From: Oikopleura dioica
Taxonomy: Eukaryota > Animalia > Chordata
DNA: 64,000 nt
Direction of reading: 5' to 3'
Assembly: GCA_907165135.1 (NCBI GenBank)
Contig: OU015569.1
Coordinates: forward strand, 7,006,001-7,070,000
The translations under genes were made by a program, and so were the position numbers. A model generated the notes under the pieces. It ran no database searches. It had not been told where the DNA came from and saw nothing but the letters and a program-made list of their open reading frames with translations. Positions 1 to 13,767 of the stretch are shown here, piece by piece. Each line of letters opens with the position of its first letter. Within the stretch, counting starts at the first letter, position 1.

Positions 1-1326
1 GGTCTTCTATTCCGAAAATATTCAGAATCCCGTCATCTCAGTTTTCTAGCCACTTCTATCGAAAGAGAGTTGCATGAAGCACGCAGCGCTTTGTCCCTTC
101 TTCGCTTGATTAGTAAGTCACGAGAAAAGTACAATTAAGAAATTAATGGTTGAAATAGATGCAACATTTTAGGATGGCAAAAGATAGGGGTCAACGGTAA
201 CTCGGCTAGATTTATCACTTTTGAAACGAAACAATATTTAGGTCTCTATTTAGTTCTTCTATTCTTGAGAAATTTCGAAATTGCACTAGTGATTTAATAG
301 TTCCCTCTTTTGGAACATGGCTGTTACAATTACAAGATAATAGATAGATAAATTTAGATCATCCTTAGGCATTTGCAGTATAAAGTTATTTCTTTGATTG
401 ATTTGATGAAATGTGCCGCGCCCGGAATCCCCCGGGACTACTTTCAAACGATAACAAAATTATTTGTGTATTAGAGATTTTCGAAAAGTTTAAACACCAC
501 AGTGAACAGTCGAATCGCGCTTATGAATTAAAAGACAGAGGTAATTTTTTTTACAGTTAATAGATCATCATCCCGTTTGATTTGGTCAGTGCGTATGATG
601 GGGAAAAACAACCATATAAAAAGAAGTCGACTTTCTTATGAAATCCGTAATAATTTAGCGCATTATAAAAGTGAATCGCTTCCCGGCATCATCTCGATTT
701 TCATTCATAACAGTTGTTTTCAGATATGCTTCAAAGGAATTGAAACTAAGTTATGGTGAACAACCCCCTCAATGGGTCGACAAAGCACAAGTCTATCCCG
801 TAAGTATTTATATTTATTTGAGCTGGGAGATGTTTTTGTTTCCAAAAATCGGGATTAAACAAAACGAGTTTTTCATTAATACTATATGATCTTAATTTAA
901 TCATTCAACAAAGGAAAAGTAATGCGTACATAATATTCCCTTTCGTTGAATTTTTAACTCAAGCGTTGTCTGCCTTTTACCATCTGTCCGAGTGGGAGCT
1001 TCTGCCCACGAGTCACGATAATCCCATGGTCCCCATACATTCTTGCAGGACGAAAAATACGGAACCAGTTTTATGGAGTGGGTCCATAATTTTTAGAGAT
1101 CATTATTATCCACCCATAGATTCGGGGGTCTGACACAATGTGCCTAAATGGCGATGGCGCTCGAGGGCTGCTCAAATTATCAACTTTGTCGAGGGAATTT
1201 TTGTTTTGAAATACATATACTCCTCCCATCATTACCTCTTATCCTCAAAACAGTATATAAATATGAATCGGTACTGTTAAAACGAAGACTCTTTGAATTC
1301 CTCCGTGAAAGAACTAGAGATAAAAT

Positions 1327-4300
1327 ATGACGACATCGGACGAAGACGAAGAACTACCTCGCAGGGGCTCGGATGTCCACCTGACAAGATCAGGCTCGGT
1401 GTCCTGCCGTCGACCCTCAAGACCTCGTCTCTCTTTGTATAATGTCCAGTACAACGCTCGTACTGGCCGACAAAGTATTCCAACGCCCTCGGCGCATATC
1501 GGTGTCGGCGACATTCGAGAAAACGCCATGGGTTTTATGGAGAGTCTTTTTTACGGTCAATACGTGCCTCAGGAAGAGTTCCGATTGCTTTTGGGTCAAT
1601 TAATTTTTCTCTGCAATTAATATTTTTCCGCTTTCAAGATCAGAAAAAATTAATGCCCTGCCCTGCGAAACTTGGCCGAACTCTTAGAAAAGTCAAGGAG
1701 AGAATCAAAAGCGACCCTTCAACAGCGAGTATCGAGGACTTCCCATTCCATAGACACAGAAAATCTAGTCAATACCATATGGTAAATACCCGCCGTTTAG
1801 ACCCGAGGGAAAACCATACTATTCCCACCATTTAATTATGTTTATATAGAATAATAATATAATTAGAATGACATGCACGCATACTCTTTGAGAGCATCAT
1901 TTATTTATGATCAGAAAAAACACTGTGGACTTTGTGTATCGTCAAAGAATCTATTAAAGCCGGACGCTCCGTTTCCCAGATTAGCGAGCCCAAAAATACC
2001 ATCTGCACTTGGCGGTGGTAATCTGCGGTCACCCGCATAGGCTCGTTGCAGTTTTAAATGGTTTTCATTTTGGGCGTGAACCCTGATCAAGACGACGGGA
2101 TTGTGACCAGATTGACTCTCTCGGAGGACACGGTTACTGCGCTAGTTGACAACGACCCTAGTCTCGCGCGAAAAGACTTCCTTCATCCTTTTTTTTTAAT
2201 TACTAGAAATCATCTTTTTATTTTGATACATTCAAGCTACGCCAGGAGGAATCCAGAGCCAAGGCTAACTCCAATATGAGGCTTAGCTTAACGGTCGAAT
2301 GTTTCTTCACCAGGACAAGCAAATTTACTACTACTAATTCTGAAAGTTAATCCCAAATCCCCAGTGGAGCACAGCATCTCCCAGCGCCTTTGTTAAGTTC
2401 TCTCCAAAGCTATTTTGCTCTCGAGGCAGAAATGCTCTGCTCGTGGGCTCGTTGCCAGCGCGCTTCTTTGCACATTCTAAATCATAGTATTCAGCCAAGA
2501 AGAAACTTTTGAAACAGCAGCCGAATCTGATCACATCGCAGGTAAGAAATCGATTGAGTTGTTGACTTCCGGGCCTTTTGCGGCGGTCAAGTCGAAAGCC
2601 CAAAATCGAAATCAATAGACATCAGCCAAGAAAAACAACGAATTTCGATCATCTCCCATCACGCCATAATCGATTGTCTGCGAAAATATACAAAGTGACT
2701 GAGAAACTCGGCCATCTTGGTGTTTTTGGGTTCATTTCCATACCTCGGCTGACTCGAGCCAGTTTATTGTATTAGCTTTCGGCGGCGGGAACATATGGAG
2801 ACGCTTATTTAATTATGGCAATTTATTTTATCGTTTTGGCCGGGTCTTTTTATTTAAATACTTAAAAAATTAAATTATTTTTCAGAAGGAGATGGCGATG
2901 TGCTCTATCCCGCACTGTATCCAGTGGTTTTATTCTGCCTGGATCAAAGAAGTACTCCCCGCTATTGGTGCCTTCGTTCTATTGCCAACCCGTGAGTTGC
3001 TTTTCCATCGAAACTTTTTTAACTACTCTAATTGTCACAAATAATTGATCTAACAGGAGATTAGACAATGCTAAAAAGGATAGACATTGACTGTCGACAT
3101 AAATCAAATCCTTGATCGATAATGCAATTATCATTTATTTGATAAATCGTGCGTATCAGGCTTAGAAGCACTAACTTATCAATGTTCAATTCCATAATTA
3201 AGTGGGGATAGCGAACCGTCCCAATTTAACACTGTTTTTTCAGCTGGTTCGAAAGAATTTCGATTCTCGTTATCCTTATAAATTGTATCTCCCTTGGTCT
3301 TTATGATCCCTGCCAGAATAAAGCCGGTGCTGATTGCCACTCTACAAAGGTGAGACTTGAGGCAAAAGTGTGTTCTTTTTACTGGGAATTTAAGTGCCGA
3401 ATCTTGGAAGTCCTGGATGATGTTGTCTTTGCATATTTTGCCGTTGAAATGGTTATAAAAATGATGGCCATGGGTGTTTGGGGAAAATTGGGCTACCTTG
3501 GGGATAGCTGGAATCGCCTAGATTGTTTCATTGTCATTGCCGGTGCGCTAGAATATTGCCTTCATTTGGACAACATGAATCTCACCGCGATCAGGACTAT
3601 CCGCGTTTTGCGTCCACTGCGCGCTATAAATAGAGTTCCTTCCATGCGTATACTTGTAATGCTTTTATTAGGCTCGGTTCACTCGAATAATTGCAAGTTA
3701 TGCCGACTTCTTTTCTCCAAGGGTCATGATCAGATAGACCATAATGTCGGGGCGCTCAATTACCTGCAACAAGCTAATTAAACTCGTCAGGCATATGTTG
3801 CTGCTTCTCGCTCGTTCTGTGCCTGAATAGTGATTTTAATTTTTTAATTTGGTGAACCTACTGCACAAGACACCTTGCCTATGTTGGGCAATGTCCTCAT
3901 GCTCTGCACATTTGTCTTCTTTATATTCGGCGTCGTTGCCGTCCAGCTTTGGAAAGGAGTTCTTCGACAACGATGTTATCTTGATCTTCCTGAAAACCTC
4001 GCTGGCAACGAGACGCAGCTTAAACTCGACACTTACTATGGGCAGTACGATGAAGAAGCGGTCATTTGTACGACTGATGGAAGCCAGGGCCTTTTTCGCT
4101 GTGCAGCGGGATTCCTTGAGACCTACAGAGACTCTAGCGGTGAAAAATGCACTGGTGGAGCTGAACTCTGGGATGGTGTGTCCGGCCTCGACCAGAAGTA
4201 TAACGTGAATGGAACGAACCAGTGCATCAACTGGTACAGATATTACACAGGTTGTAATAGCGGCCCAGAAAACCCATTCAAGGGAGCCATCTCTTTCGAC

Positions 4301-7300
4301 AACATTGGCTACGCCTGGATTGCCATTTTCCAGGTCATCAGTTTAGAAGGATGGGTAGACATTATGTACTACGTGATGGACTCGCATTCCTTCTTCAGGT
4401 TTGAAAAGTGTTTTTGAAAAATTGCGAATATCAAAATTAAGTTTCATATATTTTATTCTTCTGATCGTTATTGGCAGCTTCTTCATGATCAACTTATGTT
4501 TGGTCGTCATCGCCACTCAGTTTAGGTATGAACAATCAAATAATAAAAATTTCTAAATTTTAATAGTGAAACTAAACAACGAGAACAGCGACTAATGGAA
4601 GAAGCTAGACTTAAATTCATGTCCAACGATTCGACTTTGCATTCGTATCAACCCCCTGGCAGTATGTATACCGAGCTTTTGCGCGCAGTTGGCTCATTAT
4701 TACGCCGCGTTAAACGTAAAATGTAAGTAAAACAAAAACTGCTTTGCCAAAGTATCTATCGGAACGGGTCTTGCAAAGAAATTATTCTTTGGGCTGGGAC
4801 AAGAATGATATGCCCGCCTTAATAATACCTGGATTGTTTTTTCTCTTGAATTTGGACATAAAAGAGGAAAATTTTAGTGAACGGCATTGTCAAAAAGTTT
4901 TCTGTTCGCCAGTATCAGAGGGTTCCTCTGATTCGCGTAATACACACCACCATCATCACCATCACCACCACCATCATTATCATCTCGGGGAGCAAGCGCC
5001 TCCCCAGTACAGGTAAGGGGTAGATGTTTGTCCATTTGGTGTTGTTGGCCCGTTCCTTTTTCCTTTTTTGTGGTACATTCGTTGCCTAGATGGCTGACTC
5101 CAATAACTGACTTGATTGTTTCAGCACAAGACTACAGCTTATGAATTCCCCTCACGAGTCAAAGGATTCATCTATTCATGAGGCTCCGATGAGTTCTTGC
5201 CGAAGCCAACGGGTGACGACGACATTTGTTACATCAGACATGGATTGCTCGTGTTCGGATTACGATCCAGAAGATAAAGGAGCTTTCGAAATTGATGCCG
5301 AAGAAGTGGTAGATTTTCGCAAAAGCAACCAGAATCGCCCGTGTTCGAAGACAACGAGCGCGCCAAAACGAGAACGCTGCAACTGGCTTTCAAATACGTT
5401 CGGCACGTGCTGGATGGTGGTTAAGACAGAGATCGATGCAAACTGTAAAATATTCAAGCGCATTGTCGACTCGAAGTACTTTGGACATGGGATCATGATC
5501 GCCATTCTGATCAACACGTCGTCGATGGGAATCGAGCACCACAATCAAAATGAAAAATTAACAGAGGCGCTCGAGGTATCGAACGTTATCTTCACAACCA
5601 TCTTCACTCTCGAAATGGTGATGAAAATCCTGGCAGACGGGCTCTTTGGATACTTGCAGAACTTCTACAATGTTTTTGACGCAAGCATCGTCTTTGTTTC
5701 CATTTGGGAAATCGTTGATGACACTGACGCAGGCGGCCTGTCAGTCCTCAGAACTTTTAGACTTCTCCGAGTGCTTAAGCTCGTTCGATTCCTACCTGCT
5801 CTTCGTCGTCAACTAATTGTTCTCATGCGCACAATGGACAATGTTGCTACATTTATGATGCTCCTCTTTCTTTTCATCTTCATCTTTTCAATTCTTGGAA
5901 TGCATCTTTTTGGCTGCAAATTCTGCTGGATCAACAAGCATTCCGAGACAGAATGCGATAGAGCGAATTTTGACAGTCTTCTTTGGGCGATTGTCACAGT
6001 GTTTCAAATTCTGACCCAGGAAGACTGGAATCTAGTCCTTTACAATGGAATGGCTTCGTCTGGGCCTCTGGCTTCTCTCTACTTTATCGCGCTGATGACA
6101 ATCGGAAACTACGTGCTCTTTAATCTGCTCGTCGCGATTCTAGTAGAAGGATTCCAGGCGGAGGTACGATGGATTTTTTTGCAATTTTTAATTTGAGAAA
6201 ACAGGGTTATTATCAACATAAAGCCGAAATTTTCATGGCTGATCTCCGCACCTATGCCCATGATAGGCTTTTTGCAATGGCGAGAACGCAATCTGTGAGA
6301 GAACTTAGATTTTCTTTTAAATGAGTAGAAAGAATCCCATATTTAAAATGGGCTATTTGAGCCCCCGTTAATAGTCAAAAATTCATTTTTGATATAAATT
6401 TACTCAAGTAAATTTATGTTTCAATGTTAGAGGCTCTTTTTAGGTAGACAGATGGCTAATTTACTTTTAGGGTGATGAATTTGAAGATGAAGAAGATGTT
6501 TCTGAGCAGCTCGTTAAACGTCGAGAAACAATTGCATCTCGAATTGCTGATAGTAAGTGGAACTGTGGGAGTTGAATTATCATCCATCAACGCCCATTCA
6601 GACATAAATTTCTCTGTGTAATTTCTTTTAGAGGTTTGCTAATTTTACCGCCTCTCGTTCGCGCCTCTTAGTATCTTAGCTTTAGTTGAAAGGCTCATAC
6701 TACTGTATCTTCAGCACTGCCTGTTATCACGCAAACTGATGCTACACCAGTTAACTCTCGAAATCCTTCACGGGCAGCAAGTTTGCGACAAACAGCAACG
6801 GCAAATCACTCGATAGAAGTAACAGAGCATTTTATTAACCCGACTGGAGCCGACGGGACATATTCGAACGGAGACGGCAACTCCAATAAGGCTGATTTGC
6901 TTATCGTAAGCAATCAAAATGACCCTGTCAGCGCACAACCTAGCCCAATACGAAATCTTCTGTCACCTCAGCCATCTCTGGTAAGATCGAAATCAAGGAA
7001 GAGCACTCTCAAAATAACAAACTAAGAATCCCAGCAGATCATCCGTGTCCATAACGACTTCCCACTCTGACATCTCACGATCTCGACCTCTTCCTTCAGA
7101 AGATCAGACAGTAAGTCAGAATCACCTAATAAAGGTGCATAAATACTTCAGATCGACTCTAGCACGTATAGTGGGGTGAAGGCGTATAGACGCCACCATC
7201 ATACCCACTATCGCAACAAAGAGGTATTCATAACTCTCTATGCTCTACGCATTTCGAGAAGTTGCATGGCCTCTGTCTCGTATTTTTATTTTTTTATTCT

Positions 7301-10300
7301 ACGTACATTGTCTTTATTAATAGGATTCGCAGTTGCAAGATAACAAAGAGGCAAGTTTGTATCGGCAAACATCAGTCCACCGCCGGGAACCCTTGATTGA
7401 ATGTATAAACGATCCAAATTTCAATGAACGTGCGAACACGGACACGTTCTCTCGTGTGAAAGTTCACCAGCATTTAACAGAGTCAGCTATGTACACAGCA
7501 CTCATGGTCCTGGCGTTTGCGGGATTGCATCCGCCCGATTTCAACCCGAGTCGATTCGAGAAACCGAAATTGTCTGAAATGAGGAAAATTTTGCGCAAAA
7601 TCGTTATGGACTACCGCGCTCGTGGGCCTAGCGTCGCTATGCGCAATGAAAGGGGACTTACGGGACTATACGTGGCGATAAAACGCGGCGGGTTCGATGA
7701 AAATGGCAAGACAGAAGATGACCCTTTTTTGTCTATAAGCGCGGATCAAATGCTTAAAAATTTGGAAACTGATTTGAACATTTGTCCAGAGATCAACGTT
7801 TTAAAGAAAAAATCTCAGTCAAGAATGCGCGGACTCCAAGTAAATTTTCCAATGTTCTAGTTCCGCTAGATCGAAGCTGCTGTTGAAACAGAGTTTTAAC
7901 ACAGTCAATCATCTTAGTGGTAAACTAATCTTCGCAGGAAATAGGCGTTTTTTGTTTTGGGGGGTATTGTCTCTCCTTCATGTTGTACACGTGTCTTTGT
8001 TCTACTAGTAAAGTAGAAATCGCCTGTAGTGCTTCTAACAATGTGTTTATGTAGACCCTGATGATGTGCACTCACTGTTTCTGTGGCCGCCCGCCTGCCT
8101 GGGTTTACAATCGTCAGCGATACTCCTTATTCTTATTCTCGCCACGGAACTCGTTTCGAAAAACGTGCCGAAAACTTACAGCTTCCAAATGGTTCGACTA
8201 TTCAATTCTCATCTTCATTTTTGCCAACTGTATTACAATCGCAATGGAGAGGCCTACTTTGGCTGACGACTCGCCAGAGAGAGCGTTGCTCAATGTATCC
8301 AATCATCTTTTCACGCTTGTTTTCTTTATTGAAATGAACATCAAAGTAAGTCTTTAATTCTTACTTTCTTTATCAAGGGCGCTCAGGTCCTTGCGCTTGG
8401 ATTTTACTGCGGCTCAGACGCATATCTCCGTTCTGGTTGGAATGTGCTGGATTTTCTGTTGGTCGTTTGCTCGATCGTGGACACATTTTTTGTGATTTTA
8501 TCCGACTCCTCGCCGAAGATTTTAGGAATATTGCGAGTATTCCGTCTTCTGCGTACGTTACGCCCTTTGCGTGTTATTTCACGCGCACCCGGTCTAAAGC
8601 TTGTCGTCCAAACGCTCATCTCTTCACTAAAACAAATTGGAAACATTGTGCTCATCTGCTGCGCATTCTTCGTCATCTTTGGAATTCTCGGAGTGCAACT
8701 TTTCAAGGGGAAATTCTACTACTGTGACTCGGATGATTTACGAGATATAAAAACAAAAGAAGATTGTATAAAGATGGGTTATAGATGGCTCAACCAGCGT
8801 TACAACTTTGACAATCTCGGCCAGGCTTTGATGAGCTTGTTTGTCTTGAGTTCAAAAGATGGCTGGGTGCAGATCATGTACAATGGTATCGACGCGTACG
8901 AGGTCGACAAACAGCCAGTAAGGTAATCATCAACGATCGAATGTTTTTTTGTCTTTCTAAAGAGCCTTAATTCGCAATACTAAATAATATTAATATTTAA
9001 TCTAAACTAACCCTTAGGAATCATAATCCATGGATGCTTCTCTACTTCATAAGTTTCCTCCTGATTGTTGCTTTCTTCGTGTTAAATATGTTCGTCGGTG
9101 TGGTTGTGGAAAACTTCCACCGGTGTCGCCAAGAACACGAAGCAGAAATGCAGCGCAAAAAGATGGAACGTCGGCTGAAGAAAGAAAGGCGGCGAAATCG
9201 CGAATTGCGTCGCGCACAACGTCGCCAAGCGAGAATAGAAGCCGGCCTTCAGAAGCAACATTCCGAAAAGAAAGCGCCGAAGAAACTTGGCCGCTTTGGA
9301 AGAAAAAAAGTAACAGAGGATGTGAAATCCAAGTTTGCAACTGCAGGTAAAGAAAGAACTCTCTTTTATGATTCCAAGTGCATAAAAAAGATTTTCTGTC
9401 TCGCACGTTGTCCCGCGCGAATTTGCCAGGGCAAGTGTCCTACATCATATCCATTGCCTCCATTGTAGCTAACCGTGTCTATCATTAGTAATTCCATTCA
9501 CACTCGGCCCGATGCAAATGGTAAACTCAGATCTGGAAAAGGCTTTGCAGGGGTCGGATTCAGACTCGGATTTCTCCGTGGTCCGAGATTCGGCTCCGCG
9601 CTCAGCACCGCGGACTCCCCGCCCAGACTCGTGTCAGACCAAAAACTCGACCCGTCATCGGTCAGAGTCGGCCACTTCGAACCGTACTGCAACGGTCGAA
9701 GTAGTCGAGCTCGACGAGACTACTAATACCGACTATTCCCGCCGTAACACCTTTTCCACCGGTATCGCACTCATCATCAGAACATCAAATCTATTTGTTC
9801 GATATTTTGTCATATTTTTTACGATTGCCTTCCAGAAATCAAGGAAATAATTGTTCAATCACCAGAAGTCCAGGGCTTGAACAATGTAACCTACAAAATT
9901 TTCGGGCTCCAAATGCGAATAAAAGAAAGCATGTCAACCTTTTATCGACACCATTTTGACCCAATCCCAATTTTAAAGTCGTAATCGAGAATTGGATTTT
10001 TGCATGAACGAAAGACCGTAATGATGTTATTTTGAAAATTTTCTAACAGCCCACATTTTAGTGACAACTTTGAAAGCATTTCATAGCAGACAATCAGGTT
10101 ATTAACACATCATCATCTCGAAAAAAAATTTGTTTCATAGAATTAATTCCTGTCATAAAGCGAGCCCATTCTTTTCGCCGATATGATATCCTACAAAGAG
10201 AAAAATATTAAAAAAATTTTCCTTTTAAAATTGATTTGCCGAAAATTTCTGCTCTCTCGGATAATTTGCGGAATAAGTTATATTGCCGGGAAAATACAAT

Positions 10301-12442
10301 TTTGTGCAGTCGAAATTCTCATCTTGATAGGAATTTACCAAGAATTTGACAAACTTTAGAATCATCATTCTCGCGACCGTTTAATTTTGTTGTTTACTGT
10401 TTCTTAGAGCACACCCCGCAGCTCAACAACTACTCCCCCGGACGACAGAAACTTCACGATATTGTAACGCATCGTTATTTCGAGCTCATCGTCGCTTCGA
10501 TCATAGGATTGAATATTCTCGCCATGTCACTTGAGCATTGGAGCCAACCGAAAATCATCGATGACATTCTCATGTACTCCAATTGGTTTTTTACCTTGGT
10601 TTTCGTCATTGAAATGTCACTGAAAATATTTGCACTTGGTTTTGGTGGATATCTTGCAGATAAATGGAACCAGCTTGATATGGTCATAGTTTTTCTGTCC
10701 GTCATCGGTATTGTCTTAGAAGTACTCAATGAAGGGCACAAGGTACACTTTAAAAGCACAAACCGTCCATTTAACTTACTATAGCTTGGTGTCGTTACTA
10801 TTCCAATAAACATTAGCATCATCCGGGTTATGAGAGTTCTTCGGATTGCTCGTGTGCTAAAGCTGCTGAAAACTGCCAAAGGAGTACGGAGGCTTCTCGA
10901 GACTGTCGCTCATGCGCTTCCACAAGTCGGTAACCTTGGTCTCCTCTTTCTCCTCCTCTTCTTTATTTTCGCCGCTCTCGGTGTTGAGCTTTTTGGAACT
11001 ATAGGTAAGTCGATTTTTAAAACTATCTATATCGATGTTTTAGTATGCGATGAGGACAACCCGTGTGAGGGTCTCGGACGACATGCTTCTTTTGCAAATT
11101 TCGGTATTGCCTGGCTCACACTTTTCCGCGTGTCTACCGGCGACAATTGGAATGGAATCATGAAGGTATTTACTTTTAATTTTATTATGCGATGGATTTA
11201 ATTGGCATATCCAGGATGCGCTTATGCGCTGTGGCGACGCTTTTAATGCTTCAGAATCGGCTTGTGATCCTAATGTGAGACATCTTCGTCTTATATGTGT
11301 AGCCTAACTGTCGTCATACACCTTTTTGTATTAGAAAATGAACTCCTTTTTAACTAAATTTTGTTGTAATTCACTTCATTAAAAGCAATTTAGGACGCAT
11401 TGCGAGACCCAAGTTTGGGAGAATGCAATGATGATACAGTTTGCACTGAAAACTGTTGCGTTTCAGGATACATTGCGCCAATCTATTTCGTTATCTTTGT
11501 CATGATGGCTCAGGTAATTCCGTCTCTTCGTTCTTTTGTTAAAAATGGCTAGTTTGTTCTGGTAAACGTTGTCGTTGCTGTCCTGATGAAACATTTGGAA
11601 GAGTCGAACTCATCAGCTGGAGACATAGAAGACCCAGATGCACCGGCAAAGCGCGTTGGTGAAAACGATGTGCGAGATGTTGCACAGTCATCAAACGCGG
11701 CCAATTCTTCTAAGAGTGAAAAACGCTCAAGTTCTCCAGGAGGCGGAGCATCTTCGATACCTCAAATAACCGTGGAAGAAGTTGATGAAACCAGTAGATT
11801 CACAGAACCGACGGAAGAAACAACTCTAATGAGTCAGTCGGAGTCATCAAAAGTTACATCTTCGCGCTCCCAAGGCCACTTATACGAAATTTGCAAGCCC
11901 GAAGCTGCCCATATGATGCCTGACACTCCACCAAAGAAACTTGAGGTCGTTATTAAAAATCGAAAAGAGCGGCTGGTTTCTCAACGCGCTTTCGACGAGA
12001 TAAGCCATGTGATCTATGAGGAATCTTCTGATTCGGACGGTCCGACTCATCCTCGTCACAAGATGATTGACCGACGGCGCGATAAGCTTCTTGGAGGAAT
12101 AAGGATAGATTCAATAGAAGACCACGAGGGATCATCTTCTCCCCCTTACGACGATACCAGACAGTCTGGCTCAAATACCTCTCTCGACACAATCTACCTC
12201 GCGTGAGTAAAACTCTGGAGAGTCTTTTCTAAATGATTTTTATAAGGGCACGGAGAGCTATGATCCTTGATGGCTACAGCGAAGATCGAGGATCGTCGGT
12301 GGGAAACCGAGCGGACAAGAGCAGCGCGACGACCGCAACAACGCTGACTGTAGACACGGAAATGCGTTTCATCGACTCTCCGTGCTCGGTACATCGCTCT
12401 CCCAACTCGGAAAGCTCGAACCATGCGCCGCAAACTCAGTGA
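1327..12442 (+). CDS. CACNA1G/H/I: Voltage-gated T-type calcium channel alpha-1 subunit (Cav3), multi-exon
   Basis: Four 6-TM repeats with S4 motifs ([16 protein letters not shown]; [14 protein letters not shown]; [18 protein letters not shown]; [17 protein letters not shown]). Pore loops SLEGW/TQEDW/SKDGW/TGDNW give the EEDD filter. Poly-His in the I-II loop. N-terminal [23 protein letters not shown] exon at 2886. First exon 1327-1594 joins it in phase 1 (start less certain); last exon ends 12442. Confidence 0.95.
4945..4983 (+). repeat. CAY repeat encoding the His11-Y-H tract of the Cav3 I-II linker
   Basis: CACCACCATCATCACCATCACCACCACCATCATTATCAT; a poly-His tract is a known feature of Cav3.1/3.2 I-II loops. 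Confidence 0.85.
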
Positions 12443-12878
12443 GAAAATAGACTCAGACGACCCTGCCGCCGCCTGCGGAACGCTTCATCCTCAACACTGC
12501 CTGTTTCCTTCCTACTCTAGAATTTTGCTTTGATAGCATAATTTATTTCTACTGTTTTTTTACTTCGAATTTATTTACTTCTTGGCCGACCCTACGGTGA
12601 TCGCAGTACAGCAAGTAAAAGTGTATAAACTGAATTCAACTGATTTTCAATCAAAGCACAACTAAACAGACACTTATTTACAAACGAGTTTATTCTTTTA
12701 TGCCAGAGCAACTCACGGATTGATTTCGCTATACGAAGTATTCGAGCATCAAAGCCAAATCACAGCATTGAGCATTTACAAAGTTTAGTCATATTACAAA
12801 TTTTTGTTCGTTTTTTTCCTTGAACCAACAAAGACGGATTACACATTGTCGCGTATTCAAAAAAATCAAGCACGAATA

Positions 12879-13589
12879 ATGGGCATCCAAGGGAAAATCG
12901 AAAATCTTACAGAAGAACAGATCAAGAGAATAACATGCTCAGTGTGTTTGGAGATATATGAAGAACCGGTGGAAGTTGCATGTTGCAGACAGGTTTTTTG
13001 CAAGGTCTGCCTTTTAAAATTTAAGTATTAGGCAAATCAAGCTTTAAGAAATGTATTTTGGCTGTATCTGGTAACAAGGGGAATAGCTGCCCAATTTGCA
13101 GGGAAAATCTCGACATCAAAAGATTAACAAAAGCACATCCTTTTATCTTGGAGCATTTGTCCACTGTCGAAATGAAGTGTCCTTTTCCAGAGTGCCCAGG
13201 TAAAATGAATTTTAAACTCTGAAATTTTTATAATAGTCAAACTTTATGAGATCATAATGTTTCAGAATCAAACACATACGAAGCGCATATTAACCACATC
13301 AGCAGCTGTTCGAGAGGACCTGACAGTGTGTGCAACTCGTGCAATCAAAATGTCCCACGATTGGATTTTGATGATCACCTGGAAAACTGTCTTCAAAGGT
13401 TCTCCCAGGCATTAATTATTAAAACTCACTAACTTCGCAAGATACAAAGAGCTGGTAAAGAAAGCCGAATACATGATCACAAAGCTTCGCATGGAAAATC
13501 GACATCTAAGAGAGAAGCTTACAAACGCAGAAAGACGTGCCAGTATGAACCAAACAAGCAATTATTATGCACCGCATATGCTCGAATAA
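12879..13589 (+). CDS. RING finger + TRAF-type zinc fingers + coiled coil (RNF41/RNF151-like E3 ligase), 4 exons
   Basis: Spliced translation gives CSVCLEIYEEPVEVACCRQVFCKKC...CPICR, then MKCPFPECP...HINHISSC and CNSC...DHLENC, then a coiled-coil tail. GT-AG introns; AATAAA overlaps the stop. Confidence 0.8.
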
Positions 13590-13767
13590 AAGAAAAAAGT
13601 TAAGAACAATCTTTGTGTAATTTTTTATTAGGTCATATTTTGAAAAATTCAGTGAAGAGGGTAGTGAAAAGTAGGCTCGCAATAATAAGATGTGAAGTTT
13701 TCTTATCCGGAAAGGTCTCAGCACACGCTAGAATATGACATAACAAAATCAAATGTCGAACCTAAAC

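Noticed and set aside
4945-4983. Poly-His tract as a novelty
   Set aside because: Known feature of Cav3.1/3.2 I-II loops.
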